Shown piece by piece: positions 39,616 through 53,815 of a stretch of DNA of 64,000 nt (its first letter is position 1; each line of letters opens with the position of its first letter). The notes beneath the pieces are model-generated. The model was not told the DNA's origin. It saw nothing but the letters and a program-made list of their open reading frames with translations, and did not search any database. The position numbers and the translations under genes are program-made. The stretch spans positions 11,175 through 75,174 of the forward strand of contig MU058035.1 in the NCBI GenBank assembly GCA_013265495.1. Reading direction: 5' to 3'. This stretch comes from Vicugna vicugna (taxonomy: Eukaryota).

Positions 39616-42600
39616 TGTAGACCTTCAGAGACATAATTTTGCCTAATGTAACACTTGCTGACTGTAGCAGCCAGTGGCTACCACACATGCTCAGTGCCTG
39701 ACACCACCACTCCTTTTTCTTTGAGGCTTAATGCAGAAAAGAGAGTGGAAGGGAACCTTTCTGTTGAGTTTATAATAGCAATTACAAGCTGATAAGGGCA
39801 AAGCATTCATCAAACGATCATACCTCCGGACTTTATCTCTTTGGGTCAAATGTTTCCTGATTGATATTGACTACCATATCTTAAGCAGTTTTGAAGAGAT
39901 AAGAAGGTAGAAAAGAAATTCCTTTGAAGGAGATTTGACAAAATTTTGTTTTGTGATTTTTTTTCCTTTAAAGAGAGAGATTAACTTCTCATTGTTCTTC
40001 TTAAAGAACTACAAAACCACTGAATTGAAGAAAATACAAAGTTTTCATGGATAGATAGTGAATGAGTTCCCACTGCATGCAAGTTATCATCTCTAGTGAT
40101 ACTCTTTTCTTGTTCTGAAATTGTTTGGAAAGAACTTTCAAAATACTGAGAATGACCCTGTACCAAAGATACTTAAAAATAGACAATTATCCCAAGAAAA
40201 GAGATCCTCCAGGTTACTATATATAAACACCCTACTGGAAACAGTGCTGTAAAGCAAAGTCTTGCACATTAAGTATAATTCATTTTCATAGAACATTATT
40301 TGTAGAAGCAATGTTTTAAAGGTGGGGAGAGTAGGTATCTGACCATGGGCCTGATATCCAGCTTTTAATTGAAATGACCATAAACATTGTAATTAATCAA
40401 CTATGTACTCAATTATAAAGTATAATCTTACATTGTGAACAGTAAAAAGCTTCCTAACGTGTATATAAATCAATTAAACAGGGCAATACAGTAACTGATC
40501 ACAGAAAATTATATTTAACGAGGTGTGTCATCTATCACAGTGTTTTCCACACAGTTCTTATCTTTGTGATTCATTTGTGCCTTATTTCTGCTGCAACAAA
40601 TCTTACAGTAAAGGAACCTCTTTATCTTGGCCACGGAATTTAGTGACATTATTTTGAGCAGATTGACATGGGTATCTTTAAACAGAGTTTTGAGTGGGGA
40701 AGATTTGGGGCATTTCTAATGGCTTTTTGGGAAGATCATCTGAATTTGTCTGTCTGCCTTTATGCATTGTACATTTCCCTATAATAAGCTTGGATATTTG
40801 TACTTAAGTTGTGGTCTCGCTACTGTAGCCACAGTTGACATCTGTTGTCTTGAAATTAGATGACCCATGTTTGCTTGTGTACTTCCTGCAGTAGCTGCTA
40901 CGTATTACAACAGAGGTGTAGTTAGAAAAACATACAAAAAATACAAATCACTCTTGATTAAGCTACTGCATGTTGAGAAGTATAGGTAGAACTAATCATA
41001 TTGTCGTGTCTATATTAATATAAACCCTTCAAGTTTTACATGTATAATCAAGCAGGTCATTCCAATAGGCTGACCTAGGGACAGTGGAATTGAAACAAAG
41101 GAAAAGCATATTTGCATTTTGAACTCTGGCAAATTGGAAGGATTTCTGAAGTATTTTGATAAATATATTCCAAAATGGCTCTCTTTAAGTGGATGCTCAA
41201 GACATATTTGTATGTGGTGAAGATACACCAAAGACCCTGGTGTTGCACATTCAGACTTGTGCCTCAGAATGGATAATAAAGAACTATCTGAGTAACTTTG
41301 AAAGGGCTAGCTTTCTAATAAGGTAGTGACACCACTCATTTACCTCCTTTTCGTCCCCTTCACTTGGGTCCAGATCCCAAGTGGCTTTTCCAAGTCAGAC
41401 TCATGCTGAGTAATTATACCCAATCCCTGTTTCAAGAAACAGAACCATACAGAACTGGCCAGGGCAGGACTGCCAAATGGGGTGACCTAAAGGCCTTCTC
41501 CTCCATCTCATGGGGAGCTCATGTGGTTCTTTTGATCCCCGCCATTTCTCAGTAATGTACTAGCAGATACTTGGGGTGAAGAAAGTTGGTTTGTTCAATT
41601 ATCCATATGTCCAACCGACATGTGTTGGTAACCACTTAGGTAATTGTATGTAAGTAGTCCTGTGTAAGGCTGTGCGACCAGTCCAATAATGAAACACAAC
41701 ACAGTGCTAACCTTTGAGGTACCCACATGCTAGTGGGGGCCCCCTTCAATTAAACAGACACTTGAACCATTATTTAAGTACTGTAATAGAGCTAAGTGAA
41801 TCCTCAGATTCAGTAGACAGGAAAATACTTATTTTTTTTTTAAGTTTAATTATTCCCTTGAGTATTTTACTGGAACTAATGTAACTGAGGGACTGGCAAG
41901 TTTTATAAGTGACTAATATATTAATCCCACTCTTCCCTTCTGGCTTGTGGGATTGTCATTTGAGTCAGGGCTTAAAAATGGAACTTGATGAGATTTGTTC
42001 TAAAGATGTTGACTAATACCAATTAAACCCCTAAACATCACACACAGATTGATTATGTCTTTTTCACTCTTTTTAAAGACCCAAAGATGCACCTAGTTAA
42101 TAACCTGCTCCGTGTCCTTAATAAAGAGCAGGCTAATTAAAAATTGTTTGCTAGCTGGAAATGAATAAATGAAGAATCACATATTAAAACAGGCATCATC
42201 AGCCTGCAGAAGGAGCTGAACATGGGCTGGTGGGAATGAAAGGAGTAACTGTGAGCCCTTTATCACCGAGGATGACATGTACAAATGTAGAGTTGGGCCA
42301 CAGAGACAGGGAACTGGAGTAAGGAGGCTCTTGGCAGGATGGGCAGCCAGCTTAGTCTCCTGCTGTGTCCTTAATACAGAATGAAAGAGCAAGGAAGGAA
42401 ACTCTGTTTCCTCTCTTCCTCCCTCTGTCTCTCCTATCCTGCCTATCCATCAAGCCCCTTCATGCCACAAGTCCTGCACCAACCTCCTTTGAATCCATCT
42501 GTGTGGCTCTGGCTCTACAGCAGAGAAGGTCTTTATCACAGTGATGTGTGGTCTCATGGATACTGGTAAGAGGATAATGGTCCTTCCCTAATACAGCCCC

Positions 42601-42699
42601 ACTGTGTGGGACTGTTTTCAGCTTCTTGACCTTGCTTTTCTCTCCCTTGATTCTAAACTTCTGCTCTGTCCTTCCCGGAAAAGAAGCCCTCTCATCATC

Positions 42700-43100
42700 G
42701 GCTCACCCCTCAAACTCGCTGACTTCCTCCATCCTGCAGATCTCAGCTTGAACATCACTTCAGCTGGGTCCCTGATGGCTCCATGAGTTCAGCACCACCG
42801 TGATCTTCCCAGAGTTTCTACTTTTGCTCGTTGATGACATCTACCCCCCACAACTTACTGTATCTCCATGCCAGAACCTCAGCTTTGTGAGAATAAGGCC
42901 AAGGGATATCTTGGAGACCACTGTATCCTCAGTATGTAGCCTACATATCCTAGGTAATCAGCATATGTTGATAGGGTGTTTCAATTCTGACTCCCAGCAA
43001 ATGAACTCAATTCTGATTCCCTAGAGAGCAAGAATCCTGTCTATTGATTCTTTGGTGACCCTCATAAGGCTAACTGGTGCCCAAGAAATATTTGTTGAAA
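42700..43100 (+). mobile_element. L2 3' remnants
   Basis: 'tcctgcagatctcagcttgaacatcacttc', 'cactgtatcctcagtatgtagc' and 'ggtgcccaagaaatatttgttgaa'. Confidence 0.6.
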
Positions 43101-43585
43101 ATAGTTCTTAATTCTGGTATTATATTTACCTTAGCTAGGCATGAGAAGGGTTTCCTTTAATGCTGTGTGGGACAAGGAGAGGAGTGAACGAGCTTGTTCT
43201 TGTTCTTGTCAGGCTTGTTTCTCTCTCAGTTGGAAGGAGTTACATAAGCACAGAAACAGTAGTTTATAGTACTGAATAAGCACTCGCATATGAGGTGTGT
43301 GCCAGTTGTCACTGCATTCTGCTGGACAGCCTCTCTGCTCCTTGGCCCTCATCTCAGGGAACAAAATCTACTCCCTGGTAGGGTCTTTGAGTCAGCTGCT
43401 CCATAAAGGCAGGTAGCATAACACTGAGAACATGAACTCTGAAGACACAGGAGTCTGGGTCTCAGTCTCCACTCACCGTTACTCACCACTTTTGTGCTCC
43501 TAGGCAATTACTTAACTTCCCTAAGCATCAGTTTTCTCATTTTTAAATTGGCAGTAATGATGCTACACACCTCGAGGGGATATTA

Positions 43586-43949
43586 TAATCATCCCTCAGT
43601 ACCCATGGGGGTTTGGTTCCAGGACTCTCTCTGATACCAAAATCCAGAGATGCTCAAGCCCCCAGTATAAAATGGTGTAGTATTTGCACATAACCTTTGC
43701 GTCACACATATACTTTAAATCATCTCTAGATTACTTATAATGCCTAATACAATGTAAATGCTATGTAAATAGCTGTGAATATGATGTGAATGTTATGTAA
43801 ATAGTTGCTGGCAGTTGGCAAATTCAAGTTTTCTTTTTTGGAATTTTCTGGATTTTTTTTTTTTTTTTGATCTGATGGATTTTTTTTTTTTTTTTTGATC
43901 TGTGGTGAATCCAAGGATGCAGAAGCACGCGGATAGGGAGGGCCGACTA
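43586..43949. mobile_element. MER2(B)-like Tc1/mariner-Tigger MITE with TA target-site duplication, nested in a MIR (about 43410-44030)
   Basis: Termini 'taatcatccctcagtacccatggggg' and 'ggatagggagggccgacta', flanked by TA (43584-43585 and 43950-43951). Internal 'tactttaaatcatctctagattacttataatgcctaatacaatgtaaatgctatgtaaatag'. The MIR core stops before the element and resumes as 'tgaggattaagtg...agcacagtgcctggcata'. Confidence 0.9.
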
Positions 43950-45949
43950 TATCTGAGGATTAAGTGCAGCGCTGCACGTTTTGCTCTCAGCACAGTGCCT
44001 GGCATAAAACACTTGTTAGAGATTTGCAACATATATCACAACTCGCCTTAGTCAAGGGAGATCTGCTAGCCTCCGTCTGCTCTCCAGACCTGTTCGTGGG
44101 GCAGTTTGAGGTGACAGTAGGTGCACAGAGAGGCCTCAATTTATCTGTCCAGAATAGTCCAGAGCCACAGTGTTCTTTCCTCCACTTTTATCCCCTCTCT
44201 CCCCTCCCACCACCCCAGGGCACCACACAGACCACTCTCAGTTTCAGGTGCACTGTGCCCTCACTCATCTCTGTGGCTTCTCAGGGGCCAACTTGAAAGT
44301 TTAGAATCTTATTAATGTATTTAATGTATATATATATTTTTTATCTGTGTAAGAACCTCTTTTTTTCTTTCTGCTTAAGTCTGTTCTGAATATTTTTCTA
44401 AATTGATTTCATAGAGAAGATATAATCTTTGATTGGAATTAACCAAAATGAGAATATACAGCCAAGAAATAGTGGAAAAACAATTGTAGGATCTAAGACC
44501 CAGAAATAATAATAATTATAATAGTGCTTATATGCTCTTTACTATGTGCCAAGCCCTCTTCTAAGCTCTAAATTATTTTCTCCATTTTCACAGAGGATGA
44601 AACTAGTTGCCCATGTGAACCATATAGTGGAAAGAGGATGTAATTAGCCTAGTTTGCCCTTAGGACTCCACCCCGATAGGTAGTAATATCTAACAAAAGA
44701 AGGAGATCACCTTGCCGCAAGTTCTACCCTTGTTTAGTTTAGATATTTGACCCAATTTATAGAAGTCCATGCGTCTGTAGTTTGATCATAACATTAGAAT
44801 GTCACAAAAAAGCAAGGAAAACACACTATGAAATGAAATTTACGTTTACTGGTAAGAGGCACAGAGCATTTGGCATAAGCAGAAAGCTTAGTCTTTGATG
44901 TGGAAAATAGAAAAGTTCTTGCTGTTTCCATTTGGGTCAGAGAAAGAGAAGATGGCTCTATGATAAGTTTAGTGGGTTCTAAAGCTCGATGTAATAATTG
45001 ACCAGCCACAAGTTGTCCTGCCCTGAGGATATGCAAGTATGAAATACACGTCAGGAAAAATGTGGTCAGTGAGGAACCACACAACAGGAAAAGAAGAAGA
45101 TATTTAGTAAGACAAGTCCCAGTTAGCCTGTGAGTGGGACTTTGTTTTAAGATGAGGCTACTTACATATTTGAGTAGGGAGCTGATGAGGGACAGTAGAA
45201 GAGACAGAGGTGTAGGTGAGTGATTTGAGGTGAATCTTCTTACACCCCACCGACATACAAAAGCCAGCAGCCTGCAGTGTCCCTATTCTGGACAGCTGCC
45301 TAGGGAGGAAATGTTTTATTTTAGGTATGGCCATGTCCTCAGTTTTAAACAATTTTTTCCCCTGTTTTCAAAGATGTTCACACAATTAATGCCTCTTGCA
45401 TGTATTCAACAAAAGTTGCCTAGCAACCATCAAGAAGCATTTTGGGAGTGCAAAGGGTCTAAAAATGAATGAAGAGCAAATACAGTTTGAGTTGCAGCTG
45501 AGATGACCAGGTTTCTGATACCAGTTTCAAAACAGGTCTGCCAGGAATCAGGCCAGGCATCTTTAAGAGTAACAAGATCTGATCTGGCATCCTTGGTGAC
45601 CCACTGAAATACCCTGTTCACCTTGGACACTTGCAAAGAGGGAAAATGTAAGATATAAGAGAGACCTCTAACTGTAGCTTGATTTGCCTCTTTGCCTTCA
45701 GGCAGGACTGCCTCCTACCTAATTCCAAATGGATGTGTAGATAATGGGGTTTTGGAAAATGCTTAAGAAGGATTATAACACCTCCTCTGGTAACCCACTT
45801 TGGAATCTCTTTGGACTGAGACCACTAGGTAAAGAACGTGGGTTAATCCAGGAATTAACCTCTCTCTTCAGGTTGCTGATTTATACTAGTGGTTGGCTCT
45901 CATAGTCATACCTTATTCAAAATGAAAAGAACCTAAGGGACCTTCCAGA

Positions 45950-46225
45950 TCAGAGGTCACAGACTCAGGTGCCCAGCAGTGTCAGCAGAGAACCTAAAGG
46001 GAGAAGGGCCAGTGGGGCCTATAAGAAATCAGGAAGCAATACATACCCATACTCTGTCTAAAGGAGCAGCTGCTTTTCAGCGCCAGTCTTTTATTGTGAC
46101 CTCTTACCTCTTTAAGAAAAGTCAGACATACCAATTTTTATGTGAAAATCTCATGATAAATAATTTTTTTAAAGTCTGCAAACTAAATAAACTAGGTACC
46201 AGGCAGGTGGTCCACGAACTAGTCT
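45950..46225. mobile_element. MER102-like hAT-Charlie element inserted in a MIR-like remnant
   Basis: 'aagaaaagtcagacataccaatttttatgtgaaaatctc' and 'ctgtctaaaggagcagctgc'. The MIR-like 'tatagatgagggaactgagacc' follows. Confidence 0.55.
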
Positions 46226-47259
46226 TGTTTAATGAACGCCTCCTGTATTATAGATGAGGGAACTGAGACCTGGTGAGTGAGGGGACTCATTCAAGTTTAA
46301 TGACTGTGTGAATGCCTTAAAGACAAGTACTGTGCTGTCTTCTCTGTTTTATCCTCAGCTGGACTAGCATAGGGTCAGGCATATGATGGCAACTCCACAG
46401 GTGTTTATTGAATCAACAAATATTAGATGTTAGAAGCAAAACCAGGACTTAGTTTGGCCAGTAAGAAATCAGAACCTTTAATGCTTTTTTCTTAAATGAC
46501 TTTTTTTCCTTCTTAGTGACCTCCCCTAACTTCTATTTCAGTAGAACTCGCTCTTCTCTTTTGCCATGTTGTGGCTTGTTTAAAGTAAGATTTGATTAAT
46601 AGGAATGTTCTAGTGAAAATTCCAGAGGAAAAGCCCTGGACTCTTTCTGGGCTTCACCCTTCCCATAATTTGTACGGGAACTCCTACAAACAATAGGTTG
46701 CTTTCCTTCTTGGTGTACCATATTTAATTCCAGTCAGTTTTTTGTCTACTTATAGAGCTCCTACAATGTGCAGAGGCCTCTGTATGGTGAGTCCAAGACA
46801 TAGGAAATTCAGATGAGCCTGAGGGGGCTCAGAAATGTTTAGCCATCACTTTAGAGAATGAAGATACTTGGTATAGTTCCCTGCCTCCTCTAAAATTTTT
46901 GGTCCTATTTAAGCAACACTTTACTGTGGCAGTTTCCTTTCTTCATTTTTGTTTTGAGAGTTAACGTTGCCCAGAACGTAGAATCAATTAGCACCAAGAC
47001 ATGTTCTCCTCTTTCAACAACCTCTAGTTATTGCCTCCATGTTGGAAGGCTCTGCCAGAGTAGACAACAGTCAGTCTCCAAGGAGGTATACCAGATGTCA
47101 AGTGATCTTGCAGCTTCCATTGCACTTACTCTTTCTTCTTGGGTTCTATAAGGTGCTTACCTGTACTCTATGCTGAGGATTCAGGTGTTCCCAGGAGAGA
47201 GCTACTGGTCTCTTGAAATGCTTGAAGTGATATATTACTTCCATGGGTCTGTGCGTATA

Positions 47260-47480
47260 GTGGTAATAATAATGACATCCACCATTTCAGTGTCTCCTGG
47301 ATACCAAATACTGTGCTAGTCACATCTCGTTTTATATTTCATTCATAGTCTTTCTCAGTCATAATCTTTCAAAATAGGGATATAATCCCTTTTTGATAAA
47401 TGGGCTAATTCGACCCCAGAGAGAGAGAGGGATTTGCCCAGGGTCATATGGTCGCTTGGTTTGTGAAGTTTATGAGGAGC
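47260..47480 (-). mobile_element. MIR SINE remnant
   Basis: 'aaaatagggatataatccctttttgataaatgggctaattcgaccccagagagagagagggatttgcccagggtcatatgg'. Confidence 0.7.
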
Positions 47481-48819
47481 TACGTGCTCTCAAAGCCTCT
47501 TTGCCTTCTTTACTTCCTTATGAAACTTGGGTATCCAGCAGCAGTTTTACCAGCTTCACCAGCATTTTAGAGATGAAAGATGTATCTTTTTTCAGAAACA
47601 AACTCCAAGGGATGTTTTAAACAAAGTGGATGATTTTGAATGAGGCTGTGTTTAATTTCAGAACGGTGTTCTTTGCTGGCAAAGATAATCAGATGTAATG
47701 TCATCTGCAACCTCTCTGCATGTGTGATTTCATAAAACTGGTGTAGCAGTTTATTATTATAAAATTAGTATGGCATAGAACAAACCTGGGATGCAAGCCA
47801 GATGAAATAGACAATGAATAGTTATATAAGGTTTTGGAAGCACATGTAGTAGAACACAAGCTCACTGTATTTTCTTCTCAATTGTCTGCTGTTTGTTAAT
47901 GTTGCCTTTCAACATGATTGCATCTCAGTTTAATAGCACTTGCCATCTCAAGCTTTATGGTGCCAGGCCTGACATAGTTACATCCCCTCTGTGCTAAAAA
48001 TATTGCATGTATATATTCCACCGCAACCCGACATGTTTAGCTAATGGGTTACTCAGGAGCTATGCGCTTATATAATTAAGTGATGTATGTAATTTTGTGT
48101 TAACACATTTGCAATGTGTGTTTCCCTGGTGATTGCAATGCTTTATTCCGTGTAAAATGTGACATTTTAATTCCCGCTGAACAATTTCCTACCTTGATTT
48201 GCCTTGTTTTTGTGGCAGGGGATTATTTTGCAATCAAGATAAAAGCATTATTTATGAAATTTCTAGGCTATCCCATTACTGGGAACTTTTAACTGCAGAT
48301 CAATCTCCTATTTTATTGATTTTGTTAAAAATCTTTATTGAAATTTAAATTTAATCTCTACATTATAGATTTGCCCAGACTTTCATCTGCAGGAACATTT
48401 TTGTAGGCAGCTTTGCAGGGAGGGGGTTTCTTAAGAAGTAATTCTTTGCAGACAGTCTGCCATCTTCCCCAGGGAACTTTGTTTCTCTTAGGTGTTGCTG
48501 TCTCTGCTCTGTTGAGGATTCTCTAGTAGAGCCAGCATCGTGCCGTGGTTGTGGAGGTTCTTGGCACTATATAGATTCACAAGCAAGGCAGATCTCTGTT
48601 GAGCATTTAAGTAGTTAACAATAGCTGGGTCTCAGAGTTACAAAGTGGAAATTAAAATGTGGGTGTACATTTTCCCCCCTTATTTATGGGAGTTGTGACC
48701 AAGGGAAAGTGCTGCAGACAGGAAGGCGAACCACCAAGGACAGCCCAGCCACCTTGCCCTCTTCAGAGGTATTTCTTTTCTCCAGTGGAATCAGCAGTCA
48801 GTGCAATTTAATCAACATT

Positions 48820-49110
48820 ACTACACTCTGATTAAGTACCAGACACTGCTTTCAAAATATGATACAGAGAGTCCTTTGTTCCGTAAATGTCTATTAGCAT
48901 CTACTATGACAATGCTATAGTGACCAAGACACACATCATCTCTTCAGAGGCTAGTGAGGGAGAGAGACCCATAGATGGTTTCAATACAAGTTGACAGGTG
49001 CTAGAGTAGATGCATACTTGATACAGAAGTTAAAGAGAAAGGGTTCCTCCCCCAGCTGGAGATATGGGAGAATAAGGAAGCTTTTTAGGGAATACAATAC
49101 CCAATGCAAG
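48820..49110 (-). mobile_element. L2 remnants
   Basis: 'aatttaatcaacattact...agtaccagacactg' and 'gtaaatgtctattagcatctactatg...ctagtgagggagagagac'. Confidence 0.55.
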
Positions 49111-52100
49111 TCTAGGAGGACAGGATGGGGCAGGAGGGACAGAGGAGAAAAAGGAAGGGTGTTGTTGTCAGAGAAAGTCCAGGAACTTGGGCACACAGGT
49201 GTGGAGGAGCCACATGAGGACCTCAAAGGCATTTGTTACTATTGGAATGTAACCAGGGTGCTCCAAAGCAAGGTAGGTAGTGGTCCATGTCTCCCAGAGG
49301 TCTTGAATTCCCAAAGCCTTTCCTCACAAGAGGAGGCCCCTTAGGTCTTCGGCCCAGCCCAGCCCAGCAAAAGCAAGCAGATGGCAGGCACTGACGCCAA
49401 ACGCCAGAGTATTGCCTTGATGGCTTCGCGAGTATTTTCCTTTTAGTCCCTCCTGTTTGGGTCTGAGCAAACAGCTGGGAGTGTGGTGCACAGAAATCCT
49501 GCCAGAAGGACCCACAGTCCGTGCACTCCAAGTGAGCTTTCTCAGTTGTGTGTTTTGGCATTTGAACACAGCGGGAATGTCCTTGTCAGCTCCCATTTGA
49601 CTTTATTAATTGCAGTTGCTTGGAAAGTGTGTTCTAGTTACGTGGGTCTTGGGATGACAGTACTTGCCTTGCAGAGACCCAAGAGGAGGTATCGGGGCCC
49701 ACTGAAAAGCCATCTGCTGCCAAGGCACTGCGGCTGATCCCTTGCAGCCAGCAGACGCTAGTGTCTGTCACAGCTCTGCCTTGAGCTGTGTGACTTTGGG
49801 TGATTGGCAAACTCTCTGGGCCTCCCTGTCCTGATGTGTGGAATGAGGGCTTGGACTAGATGACGTCTAAGTTTTCTCCTCAAGCTCTGGAATTTCATCA
49901 TTCTATAAATTCTTCAAATGAAGAATCCTACCATCGTCACATCTGTGGACTCGCCATCTACTAGCAGTGATCTTTGGTTCCAAATCCAGCAGAATAACCA
50001 TAAATCACTTTCTACATTTCACCTCATGTCATTATTCTTTAGCTCCAGATTTTGGGAGGCCATCTACACTAGCACTTAAATCTAGGTTTTAATTTTTTAG
50101 GATACAAAGGGAATTGCCAAGCCTCTGAATATTCCTAGAATATATGGTGGTGTGGATCAAAGAATCCATTTCATTAGCAGTGTCGCAAGAGGCTGTCACC
50201 TAGCAGCTCCGTATTGTTTCCAGGCCCCGCCCCCACACCCTCTGCCCCAGGCCCTGAGGCTGTGGTTAATAATGTCAAAAGAATGTTTTAAAATTGCTCC
50301 TCTGTTGATTCCAAGGAGTCAGAGCCCTCACGTGGCTAGAGTCCCGGGCTAAGAGTCAAATTCTAAATTTAATTCCAGCCTCTGTGAATCTCTTCGTTTC
50401 TTGCTCCCTCACCATTTGTTGATGTTTCAGTTTTCTCATCTGCAAAATAGGTATAAGATTCCTCTTTCCACAGAAATATTTGCAGATGGCTTTGTTGTAC
50501 ACAAGTATTGGCATTATACTGGGGCAGAATATCATTTTTCACTCCATAATAGGAGTTACACAAAAGCCCTTTTGAGTACGCACCTTGTGTAAACCCTGTG
50601 CTTAAATGCTGATGAATTTCAGAGGTCAGCAAACACCGCCCCCCTTCTTCATTATATTTTTTTTAAAGCTAAACATGGCTAACTAGGGAATTCATTTTGG
50701 AATAAAAAGACATGAAAGAAAGGGTATTTCAGCTTGCACAATAGTACAAAGGAGAATAAGAATCATCATGTTTGCTAAAGAACTCACAGCTGTTTAATTT
50801 TATAGTAAAATTACTTGAAGAACTTTGCTAATTCAAAGACAAAACCAAACAACTGTTGTTGCAACACTGAACTTCCACGTGTGAGTAAAGAAGACAAGTT
50901 TAGATTAATCTGCCACTAAAATCATATTAAAAATACAGAGCATTTTTGTTAACACTGGTTGAAGGAGCGGCTTTTAGCTGAAGAGAAGACACATAAAAGG
51001 AAAATGGTACATTTACTGGTAATAAGATGAAAAATAGTTTATGTTCTCATGTACTTTGCCCCCAGCTTTTTTTCTTAAGCCGCTCAGTCTGTTTTAATAC
51101 CAGGTTTGTTTGCTTTTTGGGGATGGGCCTGTTAGGCAGGAAATTGTTGAAAGGCCTACAGCAGAAATTTTATTTAAATGGTGTTTTTAAAAATTAAAAT
51201 TAAAATTAAATACCAAATTGGGTAACTGATTATTAAATCTGGAGTTCAGATTTTTATAAAATTTTATTTTTGGAGGCTGTGGATAAATTCTGCACCTATA
51301 CTTGATTCTGTAAATTCAGAGTATCCATATGTGGCCTATTGTCAGAAACAAATAAATTGTTCCTTATTTAAAAAGAAAAAAATGGTTTTCTTCCATATTA
51401 GGGAATTATTCAGACTTCTTTCCTTGGTTCCTATAATTCCAAAACAGTTGGAACATCAGTCTATTTTTGGCTATGAAGAAACTTTTAAAATGTGGGTGAT
51501 TTTTTTTCAGGTTCTAAATTTCATACATTTCAATTTGCCACATATATAACAGTTACGGTTGTAAATACAGTGAAATCATTGTATTCCAGAAAGACAAAGT
51601 TCTAATTTCCATAGTACAAGCCCCATCCCCCTAACACCCCTTATCCTCCTCCACCTAGGAGGGCTGCTAAATGTACATTCTAAAACACATAAAGCAACAT
51701 AAAGTAGTGATTTGTGACTGTTTCTGTCAAGGATGAATGTTCTTACCTGTATTTGATTAAACTCTCTTGTTAGGTTTCTGGGGTTTTATGGTCTTCCCAC
51801 CACATCACATAGATTGACCACAAGAGGGCAACCGAGAGTTTACTTTCAGCGAACAAAGCTTGAAATGGTTTTAGTATCAGCTAAGTGTTTTAACTTGCTA
51901 AGGATTTATTTCTCTGCCTTCCAATTGTCACACATGCAGCCTCTGAGTTTCCACTAACAGCGAATAATAATCCAAATAAAGTTCTTCTGAGGGAAAATAC
52001 AGACAGACTGGTGCAGACAAGAGCTTTTGCCCAAATAAGGATCCCTTTTACGGAGACCCCATGTGTTAGATAACCATCAACTGACAGTTGGTCATGAGTT

Positions 52101-53504
52101 AATAATATTGGATGCTGAAATATGCATACCATGTGCTATAAAAGAGTTTGGAGGACAAAGACAAACAATGCTATAGTTAGATATCAGAAACATACCAGAG
52201 GTGTGCACACTGCTCCACTGGATGTAGGGTGGACCCGCCAAATAATTTCATAAAAATTATTGTTATAAGTATTATACAATAGAATGTGTAATATTCATTG
52301 CACGTTCTGTTGACGTGGCAGGGATTTTGGTCTTAATCTCTCTGCATGTTACTGCCTTAAATGCTATAGCAACTCTTGCCTTCTAAGAAAATTTCCTAAG
52401 CTTATTTCCACTGCTACTGTTTGCTGTTCTCTTATTTTTACAATCGGAACCCTAAAAGGGGGGTAAAGGTGGTCTCATCAGAGAATCCAGGTGGATGTGT
52501 AGCCCTTTGAGTGGCATGTTGTTTTGGAGAGACATTAACATCTAGTTATGTTTCTGTGCTGCTGCTGCCACAGGAATCAAAAGGTGAGGGGGTGGAGGGA
52601 AGGGCTTCGATTTCAGCTACTGTGACAAGTTGTTTGCTCACTTGGACCCATGTCTCATCCTCCCAATGAGCAGCCATCTTGTCAGAATGATGCCCACTGG
52701 TCTTTCTGGTGCTAAGAATGATTCAGGAAAGAATGTGTCTCCTCTCCTGCCCCCTAGAGTTCAAACCTTTTGGTTCTGTCAATTTTTCTGGGCCTCCTGG
52801 AGCGCCTGTCTTCTATGAACAGTCTCACTTTGTGTCATACAAAACTGTGGGACTTGAAGCACCCTGGCAAAGCCACAAAGGCCATGCCCTTGCCTTTGGG
52901 CCTGACTGTATCCCACCTCTCTACTAACTTGCAGATGAAATCTCCAAAAAGGAAAACACATCCAGACCATGAACTTAGTCAACAGTTTGTGGTTTAGAAG
53001 CATCTCCTTTCCATCAAGTCTCAATCACTCAAAAGCTATTTTCTCTTATTCAGCTGGCAAATGGCTTACCTTATGCCTAGCCCATGCTGGTAGCAGGAGA
53101 GAATAATAAATAAAATAAAAAATTAGACAGCTCTCTTTCTCATTCTCCCTCCTGCCCCTCACCACTCTCCAAGTCTGTTGTCAGAGCTTAAATTTTGCTT
53201 TGACATCTTAGTTAAGGAAGTGACAAAATAACATCTTCATCTGGGCATTTAGTTACTCTGAGTCAGTGATTACCAGATTTGAATTTTACAAAGGCAACAC
53301 CTCAGGTTTGGCACAAGTTTCAGATACTAAGATCTATATGTGACTATTCTGCGTGACAGTGAATAAAATTCTTAATTGTATTGAAACTTAGAATCATGAT
53401 TTTTGCTGATTATTTTAGCTTCAGGTGTTAATCCTGGTCTATCTGCTTTTTAACACATATTCCCAAGGATATATCTATATATTCATAACCTTAAACTGCT
53501 GACT

Positions 53505-53815
53505 AAACTGCCATCACCCAAGAGAAAGATAATACAAGCCACGTGTAACTTAAAATTTTCTAGTAACCATATTTTAAAAGGTTGAAAGAAACAATTAATT
53601 TTAATAACATTTAATTGAATGTAGTATATCCAAAATACTTCACCAAGTAACCTATATAAAATGTTATTAATGAGCTATTTTACATTTCTTGTATGGTCTT
53701 GGAAATCCAATGTGTATCTGACACTTACAGCTCATCTCGATTTGGACTAGCCATACTTTAAGTGCTCAGAAGCCTCAAAAGGCTAGTGGTTGCCGTATTG
53801 GACAGAGCAGCTCTA
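53505..53815. mobile_element. MER33-like hAT-Charlie element, near full length
   Basis: 'caagccacgtgtaacttaaaattttctagtaaccatatt...cacttacagctcatctcgatttggactagccatactttaagtgctcagaagcc...ggctagtggttgccgtattggacagagcag'. Confidence 0.85.
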
